A stretch of 64,000 bases of DNA. Source: Sedimentisphaerales bacterium (lineage in GTDB: Bacteria; Planctomycetota; Phycisphaerae; Sedimentisphaerales; Anaerobacaceae). A model generated the notes under the pieces. That model had not been told where the DNA came from and did not search any database. It saw only the letters and a program-made list of their open reading frames with translations. Shown piece after piece: positions 49,430-58,866 of this stretch. The stretch is from NCBI GenBank assembly GCA_963708075.1, contig OY970194.1, positions 2,304,001 through 2,368,000 on the forward strand, in the 5' to 3' direction. Position 1 is the first letter of the stretch. The number at the start of each line of letters is the position of its first letter. The position numbers were made by a program, and so were the translations under genes.

Positions 49430-50674
49430 ATGGCACTGACACGGGAAGATCAGGCGGCAGTAGAGAAGCTGCAGCAGCTTGCGAAGGAGAACAGGATTGA
49501 CATCGCCGGCGGGAAGATGCGGCGGACTTCGTCGCGGTTCTGCCTGGGAGTCGAGCATGGCGACTATAACGGGACCGAGCTGTTCGGCGTCGGGACCGAC
49601 CGGTTCATCTGGCTGGCGTACAAGCCCAACGGCAGGAACAAGGTCCGGCTCTTCAGCGGCAACTTCCCCAATGACGGCGTCATCGAGTACGCCATCGGCA
49701 ACGTCCCGAAGCCTAAGTCGCGGGAGATAGCCGAGACGTGGGGGCGGTTCCCGTACGGGATCGATTACATCCTCAAGCGGGAGGGATTCAAGCTCAAGCA
49801 AGGTATCGATGGTGTACTGTTCGGGAACATCCCCGGCGGCGGCATGAGCCGGTCAGCGTCCCTGTGCGTCAACCTCATCCTGTCCCTGTTCGACGCGAAC
49901 GGCATCGAAGTGAAGCAGAAGGTGCAGATCGTCGATCTGGCGCAGGCGGTCGAGAACGACTACATCGGCTCGCCCTGCGGCAAGCTCGATCAGACGATGG
50001 TCCTGTTCGCCAAAGAGGGGATGGGCACCTACTACAACCCGAAGGATCGCTCCATCGAGTACGTGCCCATGGGCAAAGGGGCGACGGACTTTCGCATCGT
50101 GGTGCTCGATACGGGGACGGACCGGCCGGGCCTGGAAAAATCGACGTACGCAGTCCGCAGGAGGGAATGCGAGGAGTTGGTGGCGATCCTGCAGAAAGCG
50201 GGCTTCGACATCAAGTGCCTGGCCGACATCAAGGACGAGATCACGTACAATAAGATCATGGATCGTTTCGGCCGGGAGCAGCCGCATCTGTGCGACCGGC
50301 TGAATTACATTTTCCACGCCCAGCAGCGATTCTATAAGATGATGGACGCCTGGCGGGCCGGCGACATCGAAACCGTCGGCACGATCTTCCGCCAGGACGG
50401 CTTGGGTTTGCGGGACGATTACCGAATCTCCGGGCCGGAGTTGGAGACCATGTGCGACATCGTCCGGACGGTCCCCGGCGTGCTCGGCGAACGCATGCTC
50501 GGGGGCGGTGACAAGGGCGCCTCCGGCGCACTGGTCCGGGCGGAGGCCGTCGAGACGGTCAGGAAAGCCGTGGACGCCGCCTACCCGCGAAGCCGCCCCG
50601 CGTTCGCGGACAAACACGCGACCCACGTCTGCAAGGTCGTGGACGGCGTGCGCGTCTATGAAGGACTGCTTTGA
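49430..50674 (+). CDS. galK: Galactokinase-like GHMP kinase (divergent)
   Basis: EH.DYNG, IPGGGMSRSAS ATP loop, VEN..IG.PCG.LDQ, SLRDDY-like GLRDDY.IS.PEL, G.RM.GGG; downstream of the SSS transporter. Confidence 0.7.
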   Translation: MALTREDQAAVEKLQQLAKENRIDIAGGKMRRTSSRFCLGVEHGDYNGTELFGVGTDRFIWLAYKPNGRNKVRLFSGNFPNDGVIEYAIGNVPKPKSREIAETWGRFPYGIDYILKREGFKLKQGIDGVLFGNIPGGGMSRSASLCVNLILSLFDANGIEVKQKVQIVDLAQAVENDYIGSPCGKLDQTMVLFAKEGMGTYYNPKDRSIEYVPMGKGATDFRIVVLDTGTDRPGLEKSTYAVRRRECEELVAILQKAGFDIKCLADIKDEITYNKIMDRFGREQPHLCDRLNYIFHAQQRFYKMMDAWRAGDIETVGTIFRQDGLGLRDDYRISGPELETMCDIVRTVPGVLGERMLGGGDKGASGALVRAEAVETVRKAVDAAYPRSRPAFADKHATHVCKVVDGVRVYEGLL

Positions 50675-50765
50675 TCATTGATTATTGATTATGGATGATT
50701 GATTATTGAAGAAAGCGTATGGGCATTCCCATGAAATCATCAATTATCAATCATCAATCATCAAT
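50671..50765. repeat. Inverted heptamer tandem repeats (TTGATTA)n / (AATCATC)n
   Basis: About 5 units at 50671-50710 and about 4 complementary units at 50735-50765, flanking the pyrK start. Confidence 0.8.
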
Positions 50766-51705
50766 AGGTAAGGGGGTTTTCACAGCGACCGTCCTTTCGA
50801 ACCGGCGGATCGGCGAGTGCTTCTACACAATGGACCTTGAGTTCGCCGGCGCAGGGGCAAGAGCATTCGCGGGATTCCGTGCCGGGCAGTTTCTGCAGGT
50901 CGATGTCTCGACGCTTGCCCTGCCGCCGGAGGACAAGATCCCCCCGGAGTTGCGCGATATCTGCCGACGAAGCGTCCTGCTTCGCCGGCCCTTCAGCTTC
51001 GCCGATGTCACAGTCACGGGGGGCAAGACGACCACCGAGCTTCTCTACTGTGCACTCGGACCTGCGTCGCTGCGAATGACCACATTGACCCCCGGCGACC
51101 CGCTCAACATCGTGGGGCCGTTGGGCAACGGATTCCGAGTGCCGAAAGAGAAACGCACCGCCCTGCTCGTCGTCGGCGGCATGGGCGCCCCGCCGATACG
51201 ATGTCTCGCGAAGTCCCTCAAAGTCGAGCGTCCCGACGTGGACATAGTCACGTTCGTCGGCGCCAAGAGCGCCGCAGCGATACCCTTCGAGGGTGACTTC
51301 GCCCAGGTCTCGCAGAAGGTGGACCTGCTCATCCCGGCATTCGCGAAGCTCGGCATCCCATCCGCTATAACAACCGACGACGGCTCGGCAGGCTATCAGG
51401 GCTTCGTCACGGATCGTCTCGCTCTGTGGCTGAACGAGCACGCCGCCCTGTCGCTTGAACAAATGATCATCTGCGCCTGCGGCCCGGAGCCAATGCTAGC
51501 CGCCGTCGCCCGGCTTGCGAGTGAACGGAATATCGACTGCCAGGTGAGTATGGAGCGGCGGATGGCCTGCGGCATCGGCGTCTGCCAAAGCTGCGCCGTG
51601 GAATGCCGCGTCGAAGGCTCGAACGAAACCGTTTACAAGCTCTGCTGCCAGGACGGCCCCGTCTTCGACGCCCGGACCGTCATTTTCGGCGAGAGCGGTC
51701 GTTAG
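50719..51705 (+). CDS. pyrK: Dihydroorotate dehydrogenase electron transfer subunit
   Basis: LRRPFS, GPLGNGF, GGMG.PP, TDDGS.G, CGPEPML, MACGIGVCQSC...C.DGPVF; upstream of pyrD. Confidence 0.92.
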   Translation: MGIPMKSSIINHQSSIGKGVFTATVLSNRRIGECFYTMDLEFAGAGARAFAGFRAGQFLQVDVSTLALPPEDKIPPELRDICRRSVLLRRPFSFADVTVTGGKTTTELLYCALGPASLRMTTLTPGDPLNIVGPLGNGFRVPKEKRTALLVVGGMGAPPIRCLAKSLKVERPDVDIVTFVGAKSAAAIPFEGDFAQVSQKVDLLIPAFAKLGIPSAITTDDGSAGYQGFVTDRLALWLNEHAALSLEQMIICACGPEPMLAAVARLASERNIDCQVSMERRMACGIGVCQSCAVECRVEGSNETVYKLCCQDGPVFDARTVIFGESGR

Positions 51706-51771
51706 GTCCCTTTGGTCCCTGAGGTCCTTTCGAAACCAAAGGACGAAAACGGCACAAAGGACCTGAGGGCC
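51705..51771. repeat. Inverted nonamer tandem repeats (GGTCCCTTT)n / (AAAGGAC..)n
   Basis: GGTCCCTTT GGTCCCTGA GGTCCTTTC ... AAAGGACGA AAACGGCAC AAAGGACCT between pyrK and pyrD. Confidence 0.65.
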
Positions 51772-51822
51772 GGAGGCAGTTTACTATTTCAGGTTTTCTC
51801 TCAATGTGGTAGTTAATGAGGC

Positions 51823-52768
51823 GTGACGCCTGAGAAGATTGACATTTCGGTGGATTTTGCGGGGCTTCGGCTGGCGAATCCGGTGTTCACGGCATCGGGG
51901 ACGTGCGGCTATGCCGATGAGCTGGGTGATTTCATGGATGTCAATGCTCTCGGCGGATTCATCACCAAGAGCATCACGCTCAAGCCCCGAAAAGGCAACC
52001 CAACGCCCCGGATCGTCGAGAACCGACGCAGGCATGCTCAACGCCATCGGCCTGGCCAACGTGGGACTGGATCGGTTCATCGAGGAGAAGCTGCCGATCA
52101 TCGCAAAGATGTCGGTGCCGGTGTTCGTCAACGTTGCCGGCGAGTTGATTGACGACTACGTCGCGGTCACTGAGCGGCTGGCTCGGGAGGATGCAATCGC
52201 CGGCTTTGAGCTGAACATCAGTTGTCCCAACGTGGCCAAGGGCGGCATCAGCTTCGGCCGGGACCCCTACCAGGTGAGCGACATCACGTCGGCTGTCCGC
52301 AAGGCCGCAGGCGACAAAGTGCTCATTGTCAAGCTCTCGCCCAATGTGACGGATATCAGTACGATCGCCTGCGCGGCGGCCGAGGCCGGCGCGGACGCCC
52401 TGAGCCTCGTCAACACCTTCACGGCGATGGTCATCGACATCGAGACGCGCAGGCCCGCACTAGCCAACCGCACGGGCGGCCTGTCCGGTCCGGCCATCAA
52501 GCCCATCGCGGTCTATCTCGTGAACAGAGTCTATGGCGACGTGGCCAAGGCGGCGGGAATCCCGATCCTCGGGCTCGGCGGAATCCGCACCGCGGCCGAC
52601 GCCATCGAGTTCATCATCGCCGGCGCATCGGCCGTGGCCGTCGGCACCGCGAGCTTCATCCAGCCCGACTGCGCCACGCGAATCGTGGACGGCATCAGAG
52701 ACTATTGCGCCAGGCACAACGTCACAAGGTTATCCGACCTAGTCGGCTCGCTCTCCACCAAATCGTAA
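51823..52768 (+). CDS. pyrD: Dihydroorotate dehydrogenase B catalytic subunit, frameshifted at about 52021 (probable sequencing error)
   Basis: NPV.TASGT.G, TKS.T..PR.GNP.PRIVE in the first frame; MLNAIGL.N.G, ELNISCPN, VKLSPN, GGLSG.AIKP in the +1 frame; junction GAGAACC at 52018-24. Confidence 0.9.
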
Positions 52769-52787
52769 ATCGTAAATGGTAAATCGT
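52760..52787. repeat. Heptamer tandem repeat (AAATCGT)x4
   Basis: AAATCGT AAATCGT AAATGGT AAATCGT; contains the pyrD stop codon. Confidence 0.8.
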
Positions 52788-52806
52788 AGATGTGAAGGGG
52801 CAAGGC

Positions 52807-54294
52807 ATGGAACGCCGTGATTTTCTAAAAGCCACCGGCTGTGGAGCGGCCGCCCTGCTGTCCGGCTGCGTGGCAGTCCCTGAGAAGAAAAAGAAGAAGC
52901 CCGTCGCCCGCACGGAGCGGCCGAACATCCTGTGGCTGATCTCCGAGGATACCTGCCCGGACATGGCCTGCTACGGCAACACGCTGGTCAAGACGCCGAA
53001 CATCGACCGGCTCGCCGCCGAGGGCACCCGATTCACCAATGCCTTCGTCACCGCCCCGGTGTGCTCGGCCTCCAGATCCGCCATCATGACAGGCATGTAC
53101 CAAACGACCATCGACGCACACAACCATCGCAGCCATCAAGACGACGGATACAGGCTTCCCCCGCCGGTAACAATCATCACCAGTATTCTCCGGCGTGCGG
53201 GGTACTTCACGTCGAACTGCGCCGGCCTGAGCTACAAGAAGCCGGGCAAGACCGACTGGAACTTCACGCCGAATGTCAAGGCCTTCGACGGCACGGACTG
53301 GTCGCAGCGCAGACGCGGACAGCCGTTCTTTGCCCAGATCAACTTCAGTATGACCCACCGGGATTTCCGGCGGGACAAGAGTAATCCTGTCGATCCCGCG
53401 AAAGTCGAGCTGCCGCCCTACTACCCGGATCATCCTGTCGCCCGGCGGGACTGGGCCGATTACCTTGAATCGATCCAGATCCTCGACAGCGAGATCGGTG
53501 TGGCGTTGCAGTGGCTGGAGAAGGAAGGGGCGGCGAACAATACGATCGTGATGTACTTCGGGGACAACGGCCGGCCCCACGTCCGGGACAAGCAATGGCT
53601 CTATGAAGGCGGCATCCGCATCCCTATGATCATTCGCTGGCCCGGACATCTTGAGCCTGGGACGGTCTTCGAGGACCTCATCAGCAGCGTCGATTTCGCC
53701 CCGACGTTCCTCTCCATGGTGGGGATCGAGCCGCCGAAGCATCTGCAGGGGCACGTCGTCCTCGGCCCTGAAAAGCAGACTCGCAAGTACATCATAGCCG
53801 CCCGGGACCGCTGTGACGGGACGGTCGATCGCATCCGCTGTGTGCGATCGCAGCAATACAAGTATATCCGCAACTATTATCCAGACCAGCCTTATACACA
53901 ATTCAACGCCTACAAGAAGCTTCAGTACCCCGTGCTCACGGTGATGCAGGTCCTGCACACACAAGGCAAGCTCACGCCGGACCAGGCGAAGTTCATGGCA
54001 GCGAGCCGGCCCAAAGAAGAGTTGTATGACCTGCATACGGACCCCCACGAGCTGCACAACCTCGCCGGCGAGCCGAAACTCCGGAGGATCCTGCGAGAGC
54101 ACAGCGCGAAACTCGATGAGTGGATCAAGGCGACCGCCGACAAGGGCGAGACTCCCGAAGACCCACAAGTGGTTGCGTACTGGCAGGATGACATGATGAA
54201 ATCGTACAAGCAGCAGATGGAAGAGCGAGGTCTTTCGCCGGAGGTGTCGGACGAGGATTATCTCAAGTGGTGGGAGCAGAGGCTGCTGGGCTGA
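52807..54294 (+). CDS. Tat-exported S1 sulfatase (probable lipoprotein)
   Basis: RRDFLK Tat motif; LSGC; RPNILW; CSASRS formylglycine motif; GDNG. Confidence 0.92.
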   Translation: MERRDFLKATGCGAAALLSGCVAVPEKKKKKPVARTERPNILWLISEDTCPDMACYGNTLVKTPNIDRLAAEGTRFTNAFVTAPVCSASRSAIMTGMYQTTIDAHNHRSHQDDGYRLPPPVTIITSILRRAGYFTSNCAGLSYKKPGKTDWNFTPNVKAFDGTDWSQRRRGQPFFAQINFSMTHRDFRRDKSNPVDPAKVELPPYYPDHPVARRDWADYLESIQILDSEIGVALQWLEKEGAANNTIVMYFGDNGRPHVRDKQWLYEGGIRIPMIIRWPGHLEPGTVFEDLISSVDFAPTFLSMVGIEPPKHLQGHVVLGPEKQTRKYIIAARDRCDGTVDRIRCVRSQQYKYIRNYYPDQPYTQFNAYKKLQYPVLTVMQVLHTQGKLTPDQAKFMAASRPKEELYDLHTDPHELHNLAGEPKLRRILREHSAKLDEWIKATADKGETPEDPQVVAYWQDDMMKSYKQQMEERGLSPEVSDEDYLKWWEQRLLG

Positions 54295-54327
54295 GCCATC
54301 GACAAACGAATACCGCCGGAGGTGACG

Positions 54328-55482
54328 ATGAACCTGGGCACATTCACCAAGATAAGTGTTATCGTTCTATCTCTGCTCCTGCCGAGCCTGCCGGCCTGTG
54401 ACGCAGAAGCAGCGACACCTGAACGCATGACATACGTGCAGGCGAAAGAGAGGATTCCTGACAGGTCGTTACCGGACTTCTGGATTGGCGATGTGAAGGA
54501 CCTGCCGCAACGTTTCGAGCGCCTCGCGCGGGGAAAAATGACGGTTCCCGCCGTCACGCCGGGCGGCAGGCCAATCCATTTGGTCGCTTACGGCGACAGG
54601 GAGAATGTCGTCCATCACGCGAACTTCAACTCCGCCATCGGCGGCCAGGAGCCCGCCGCTTACATGAACAAAGCGGCACGGAAAAAGCCTGCGGTCTTTT
54701 TCATCGGCCCCGTGCACGGGCACGAGGTGGAAGGTCTCACGGGATTGGTCAACCTGATTCATATCATGGAGACGGGCAAGGACCTTCTCGGCAGAAGCCA
54801 GGAGAGGCTCCGGCAACTCGGCGATCAATGCCGGCTCCTGATCGTCCCGGCGGGCAACCCGGACGGGACCGCGCGCTTCGAGCCGCGGATGCTGCACGGG
54901 ATGGAGTCCATCGACTTGCGCTTCTGGGGCCAGGGGACGTGGAAAGACGACACGATGTGCGACTGGCCCGCCTGCAAGCGCCGGCATCCGATGACCGGCG
55001 ACAACGTCGGCTTCCTCGGCTGCTATTTCAACAACATCGGCATCAACCCGATGCACGATGAGTTCTTCTCGCCGATGGGCCCTGAGGCCCCCGCCGTGCT
55101 GAAAATCGCCCGGGAGGAAGGGCCCGATCTGATCGTATCGTTGCATAGCCACGAATCCAAGCCCGCCCTCCTGCGCCCCGCGTATCTTCCTGCCGAGGTT
55201 CAGCAGGACATTCAGTCGCTGGCTCGCGAGTGTTACACGCTCATGAGCAGACGCAACCTGCCTCATGACGAGCCCTTCAAGGTCAGTCTCGAGAGCGGCA
55301 AGAACCCGAGTTCATTCAATCTGACGAGCGCCCTGTACCACGTGAGCGGGGCCGGCTCATTCACCTTCGAATGTCCGCACGGCATCCGCGGCGCTTGCCA
55401 GGTTACACCCGAGCAGATTCTCGATATACAACTGACGCTCTATGAGGCAATGCTGCAACATGAGATCAACAAGAAGAGCTGA
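54328..55482 (+). CDS. M14-family zinc carboxypeptidase-like protein
   Basis: HGHE zinc motif, NPDG, SLHSH, TFECP. Confidence 0.8.
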   Translation: MNLGTFTKISVIVLSLLLPSLPACDAEAATPERMTYVQAKERIPDRSLPDFWIGDVKDLPQRFERLARGKMTVPAVTPGGRPIHLVAYGDRENVVHHANFNSAIGGQEPAAYMNKAARKKPAVFFIGPVHGHEVEGLTGLVNLIHIMETGKDLLGRSQERLRQLGDQCRLLIVPAGNPDGTARFEPRMLHGMESIDLRFWGQGTWKDDTMCDWPACKRRHPMTGDNVGFLGCYFNNIGINPMHDEFFSPMGPEAPAVLKIAREEGPDLIVSLHSHESKPALLRPAYLPAEVQQDIQSLARECYTLMSRRNLPHDEPFKVSLESGKNPSSFNLTSALYHVSGAGSFTFECPHGIRGACQVTPEQILDIQLTLYEAMLQHEINKKS

Positions 55483-57892
55483 CGACTCTCCGTCAACGAT
55501 CGCACCGGGCTTTTTCATGACCGCTATCCTGCTTTCCGTATCGCTCGCATGCTCAGCCGGTGACGATGCGCCGAAGCTCGATGAGCGGCCCGCCCAGCCG
55601 GGGGAATGGGGCTACCGGCCTGATGACGGAGCGATATCACAGACGGACCCGCCGAGCTTCAGTTGGCGACCGCAGCAAGGCCTGACCTGGGAGATCGAGT
55701 GTGCCCGCGAACCGGACTTCGCCACGATTATCTACAGGGCTGCGGATATCAAGTTCAATGTGCATTGTCCGTCGAGAGCCTTTGAGCCGGGCAGTTATGT
55801 GTGGCGCTATCGGGGCAGGAACAAGGACGGCCAATATACTCCCTGGAGCCAGGTGCGGAGCTTTCGCATTGCCGATGACGCCGTGCAGATGCCTCTGCCC
55901 GCTCGTGACGAGCTGATCGCCCGGATCCCCAAGAGCCATCCACGTCTGTTCCTGCGGCCCGAGAATCTGGACCGGCTGCGGGAGCTGGCACGCGGCGAAC
56001 TGAAGAGCCAGTACCAGGACCTTGTGAGAGAGTGTGACAGGATCCTGGCGAATCCACCGTCGACGAAGGAGCCGCCGAAGTATCCGCCGGGCATGGAGAC
56101 CAAGAGCGAGCAGTGGCGTGAGATCTGGTGGGGCAATCGCGAATACACGATCAAGACCTTGAACAGTGCCGCCACGCTCGCCTTCACTCGTCTGCTCGGC
56201 GGCCAGGACAAGTACGGCCAGGAGGCCAAGCGCATTCTGCTCGAATGCGCCACGTGGGACCCGAAAGGCAGCACCGGCTATCGCTACAACGACGAAGCCG
56301 GAATGCCCTACAACTACCTCTTTTCACGAACCTACACGTTCGTCAACGACCTGCTGACGGAGGAGGAGAAGGACATCTGCCGCAAGGTGATGAAGATTCG
56401 CGGCGACGAGATGTACAACCACCTGTGCCCGCGGCATCTGTGGCAACCCTATGCGAGTCATTCCAATCGGGCCTGGCACAAGCTGGGCGAGATCGGCATC
56501 GCTTTTCTCGGCGAGGTCGAGGGGGCGGAGGACTGGGTCTGGTTCGCGACGAACGTCTTTTTCAACGTGTACCCGGTCTGGAGCGACGAGGATGGCGGCT
56601 GGCACGAGGGCTCCTCGTACTGGATGGGCTATCTATCGAAATTCACCTGGTGGGCCGATGTCATGCGTGAAGCGATGGGCATCGACGCGTATAAGAAGCC
56701 CTTCTTCTCGAAGGTCGGCTACTACGCGATGTACCTGATGCCGCCCGGCAAAGAGGACGGCGGGTTCGGCGACCTGGCCGCGGGAAAGACCGCGAAGTCT
56801 ACCGTCCCACTGATGAGTGTCTTCGCTGCCCAAGCCCAGAATCCGCACTGGCAATGGTATGTGGAACAGCTCGGCGGCCCGGTCTCCACCGGCGGTTACA
56901 TCGGTTTCATTCGCGGCCAGTTGTCGAAGGTCACAGCCAAAGCCCCTGACGATCTGCCCGCCTCACGCCTTTTCGAAGGCACCGGACAGGCGTACCTCAA
57001 CAGCCAGATCAAAGACGCGACGCAAAGCGTGCAGGTGGTTCTCAAAGCGAGTCCCTTCGGGACGCAATCACACGGCTACGAGTCGAACAACTCCTTCCTG
57101 CTCTGGGCTTATGGCAAGCGTCTGCTGATCTACTCCGGCTATCGCGACATCTACGGCAGCGAGCATCACACGAACTGGATGTGGACCACGCGATCAACCA
57201 ATTGCATCACCGTCAATGGCAAAGGCCAGAAGAAGCACACTGTCCAGGCTCAGGGCAAAATCACGGCCTTCCTCACAACGCCGCAGATCGACGCCGTTGT
57301 CGGCGATGCCGGCGAATCCTACGAGCCGCCCGTCGAGCAATTCAAGCGAGCCATCCTCTTCATCAAACCCGACCTGGTAATCATCTACGACCGCCTGAGA
57401 ACAAGCGAACCGTCCACCTTCGAATACTGGCTCCACGCTGTCAACAAGTTCGACATCCGTGACCAGCAGAATATCGTCACGCAAAACGGCGATGTCGCCT
57501 GTGACATTGCCTTCCTCACGCCGCAAAACCTCACCTTCACCCAAACCAACGAATACGACCCCAACCCCCGCCCCCGCATCAAGCTCCGCGAGTGGCATTT
57601 GACAGCCAAGACCGGACAGCCGCAGCAACAAATGGAATTCGTCACAGTCTACTGGCCGCATAAGGCGCACAATGAGATTGAACGACAAGCGACTCTGCGG
57701 CCTGTCCCCGGCGGTTACGTGCTGAGCGTTACACCGATGGACAGAGGACGGCTTACGGCCCTGCTCCCGACCGATGAACGTGCCGTACTTGCATCACACG
57801 ACATGGAGACCACAGGTGCTATCAAGGTCCGGCTTGAGCAACCGGAGCAGGCCTCGCAGATCGTCGAACTGCGGGAACCCAACCAGCGTTGA
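55460..57892 (+). CDS. DUF4962 / heparinase II/III-like polysaccharide lyase
   Basis: PPSFSW..Y.WRYR N-terminal domain; HPRLFL; DGGWHEG..YW; FGD; SH...NNSF.L...G; start uncertain (55460 or 55517). Confidence 0.82.
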   Translation: MRSTRRADDSPSTIAPGFFMTAILLSVSLACSAGDDAPKLDERPAQPGEWGYRPDDGAISQTDPPSFSWRPQQGLTWEIECAREPDFATIIYRAADIKFNVHCPSRAFEPGSYVWRYRGRNKDGQYTPWSQVRSFRIADDAVQMPLPARDELIARIPKSHPRLFLRPENLDRLRELARGELKSQYQDLVRECDRILANPPSTKEPPKYPPGMETKSEQWREIWWGNREYTIKTLNSAATLAFTRLLGGQDKYGQEAKRILLECATWDPKGSTGYRYNDEAGMPYNYLFSRTYTFVNDLLTEEEKDICRKVMKIRGDEMYNHLCPRHLWQPYASHSNRAWHKLGEIGIAFLGEVEGAEDWVWFATNVFFNVYPVWSDEDGGWHEGSSYWMGYLSKFTWWADVMREAMGIDAYKKPFFSKVGYYAMYLMPPGKEDGGFGDLAAGKTAKSTVPLMSVFAAQAQNPHWQWYVEQLGGPVSTGGYIGFIRGQLSKVTAKAPDDLPASRLFEGTGQAYLNSQIKDATQSVQVVLKASPFGTQSHGYESNNSFLLWAYGKRLLIYSGYRDIYGSEHHTNWMWTTRSTNCITVNGKGQKKHTVQAQGKITAFLTTPQIDAVVGDAGESYEPPVEQFKRAILFIKPDLVIIYDRLRTSEPSTFEYWLHAVNKFDIRDQQNIVTQNGDVACDIAFLTPQNLTFTQTNEYDPNPRPRIKLREWHLTAKTGQPQQQMEFVTVYWPHKAHNEIERQATLRPVPGGYVLSVTPMDRGRLTALLPTDERAVLASHDMETTGAIKVRLEQPEQASQIVELREPNQR

Positions 57893-57906
57893 CCCGGGCC
57901 AGCTCT

Positions 57907-58467
57907 CTACGCCTTCAGCAGTTCTCTCGTCTGATGATATTCCGCTTCGATCAGGTCCCTGGCGGGTTGTATCAGTGCCGTCCAGTTGCTCTCCACTCGC
58001 CGGCGCAACCATTCTCTGCCTTCTGTGAAACCAAACTGACGGACGCGGAACACGTAATAGAGCCAATAGACAGGCTTCGTGATCTGCGACATCGCGTCCG
58101 CGTTCGAAAGACACACTTCCTCCGGCAGCCCACTGCCCATCTGTACCGGGGAGGCATGGGACATGATACACCTGGCCACCCGGTCAATCCGCTCGGATGG
58201 GTAGCCATGCTCCTGCAGTATCCCCCGTGCAATCTCGGCGCCCGCCATCGGATGCCTGGGCACGGTGCTGAAATCTCGAACTGCCGCGAGGTCGTGCAGG
58301 TAGGCCGCCAGTTCTACAATCTCGGCGTCGGCCCCGAGGGTCTTCGCCAGCAAACCGCCGTATTCCCGCACGACCAGCAAGTGCCGATCGAAGAACGCCG
58401 CCCCAAACGCATTCCTGCTGCTCTTACACTCACTGAACACATACTCTCTTACCACTTCTGTGATCAT
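57907..58467 (-). CDS. HD-domain protein
   Basis: H...V, AAYLHDL, H...GAE.A, I.SH, ADA. Confidence 0.85.
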   Translation of the reverse strand: MITEVVREYVFSECKSSRNAFGAAFFDRHLLVVREYGGLLAKTLGADAEIVELAAYLHDLAAVRDFSTVPRHPMAGAEIARGILQEHGYPSERIDRVARCIMSHASPVQMGSGLPEEVCLSNADAMSQITKPVYWLYYVFRVRQFGFTEGREWLRRRVESNWTALIQPARDLIEAEYHQTRELLKA

Positions 58468-58866
58468 CGTACTCCAACTCTCAACGACACCTGGCACCTC
58501 GCATGTGTCTCACGGCTCTGTACAGGAGAACACCAAGCAGCAGACCGATCAAGGCATTCCCAATGAAGGTGCACACGACAAGATCTATCTTCGCAGCGTC
58601 TGGATCTCCTTCGCCTACGGTGGAGATCATAGCACGAGGTGATGAATCAGGCAATAGGACCTCCGCCGGGAAATCCCGTCCCGCGGCCCCACGGGACTGA
58701 TTATTGCAGTTGATGTTCTGGGACAGTTGGGGTATTTTGGCGGAGTTGACGGGCAGGACGCCCGCGGGCGAGGAACAGGTGTTTGAGGTGATAGAGGCAA
58801 TGGTGGCCCGGATCACGGCAGATTCATCTTTGCATGCACACGGATCAGCGAACAGGAGATGACGCA

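Noticed and set aside
51823..52768. pyrD (and the DegT, COG3014-like and CotH genes) as true pseudogenes or programmed frameshifts
   Set aside because: Single +1 indels in a shared GAGACC/GGTCTC context, otherwise intact motifs and no slippery homopolymer; sequencing artefact is more parsimonious.
58481..58630. Small membrane-protein ORF (minus; ...IDLVVCTFIGNALIGLLLGVLLY...)
   Set aside because: One hydrophobic stretch but no clear RBS or family motif; may be a gene remnant, not supportable.
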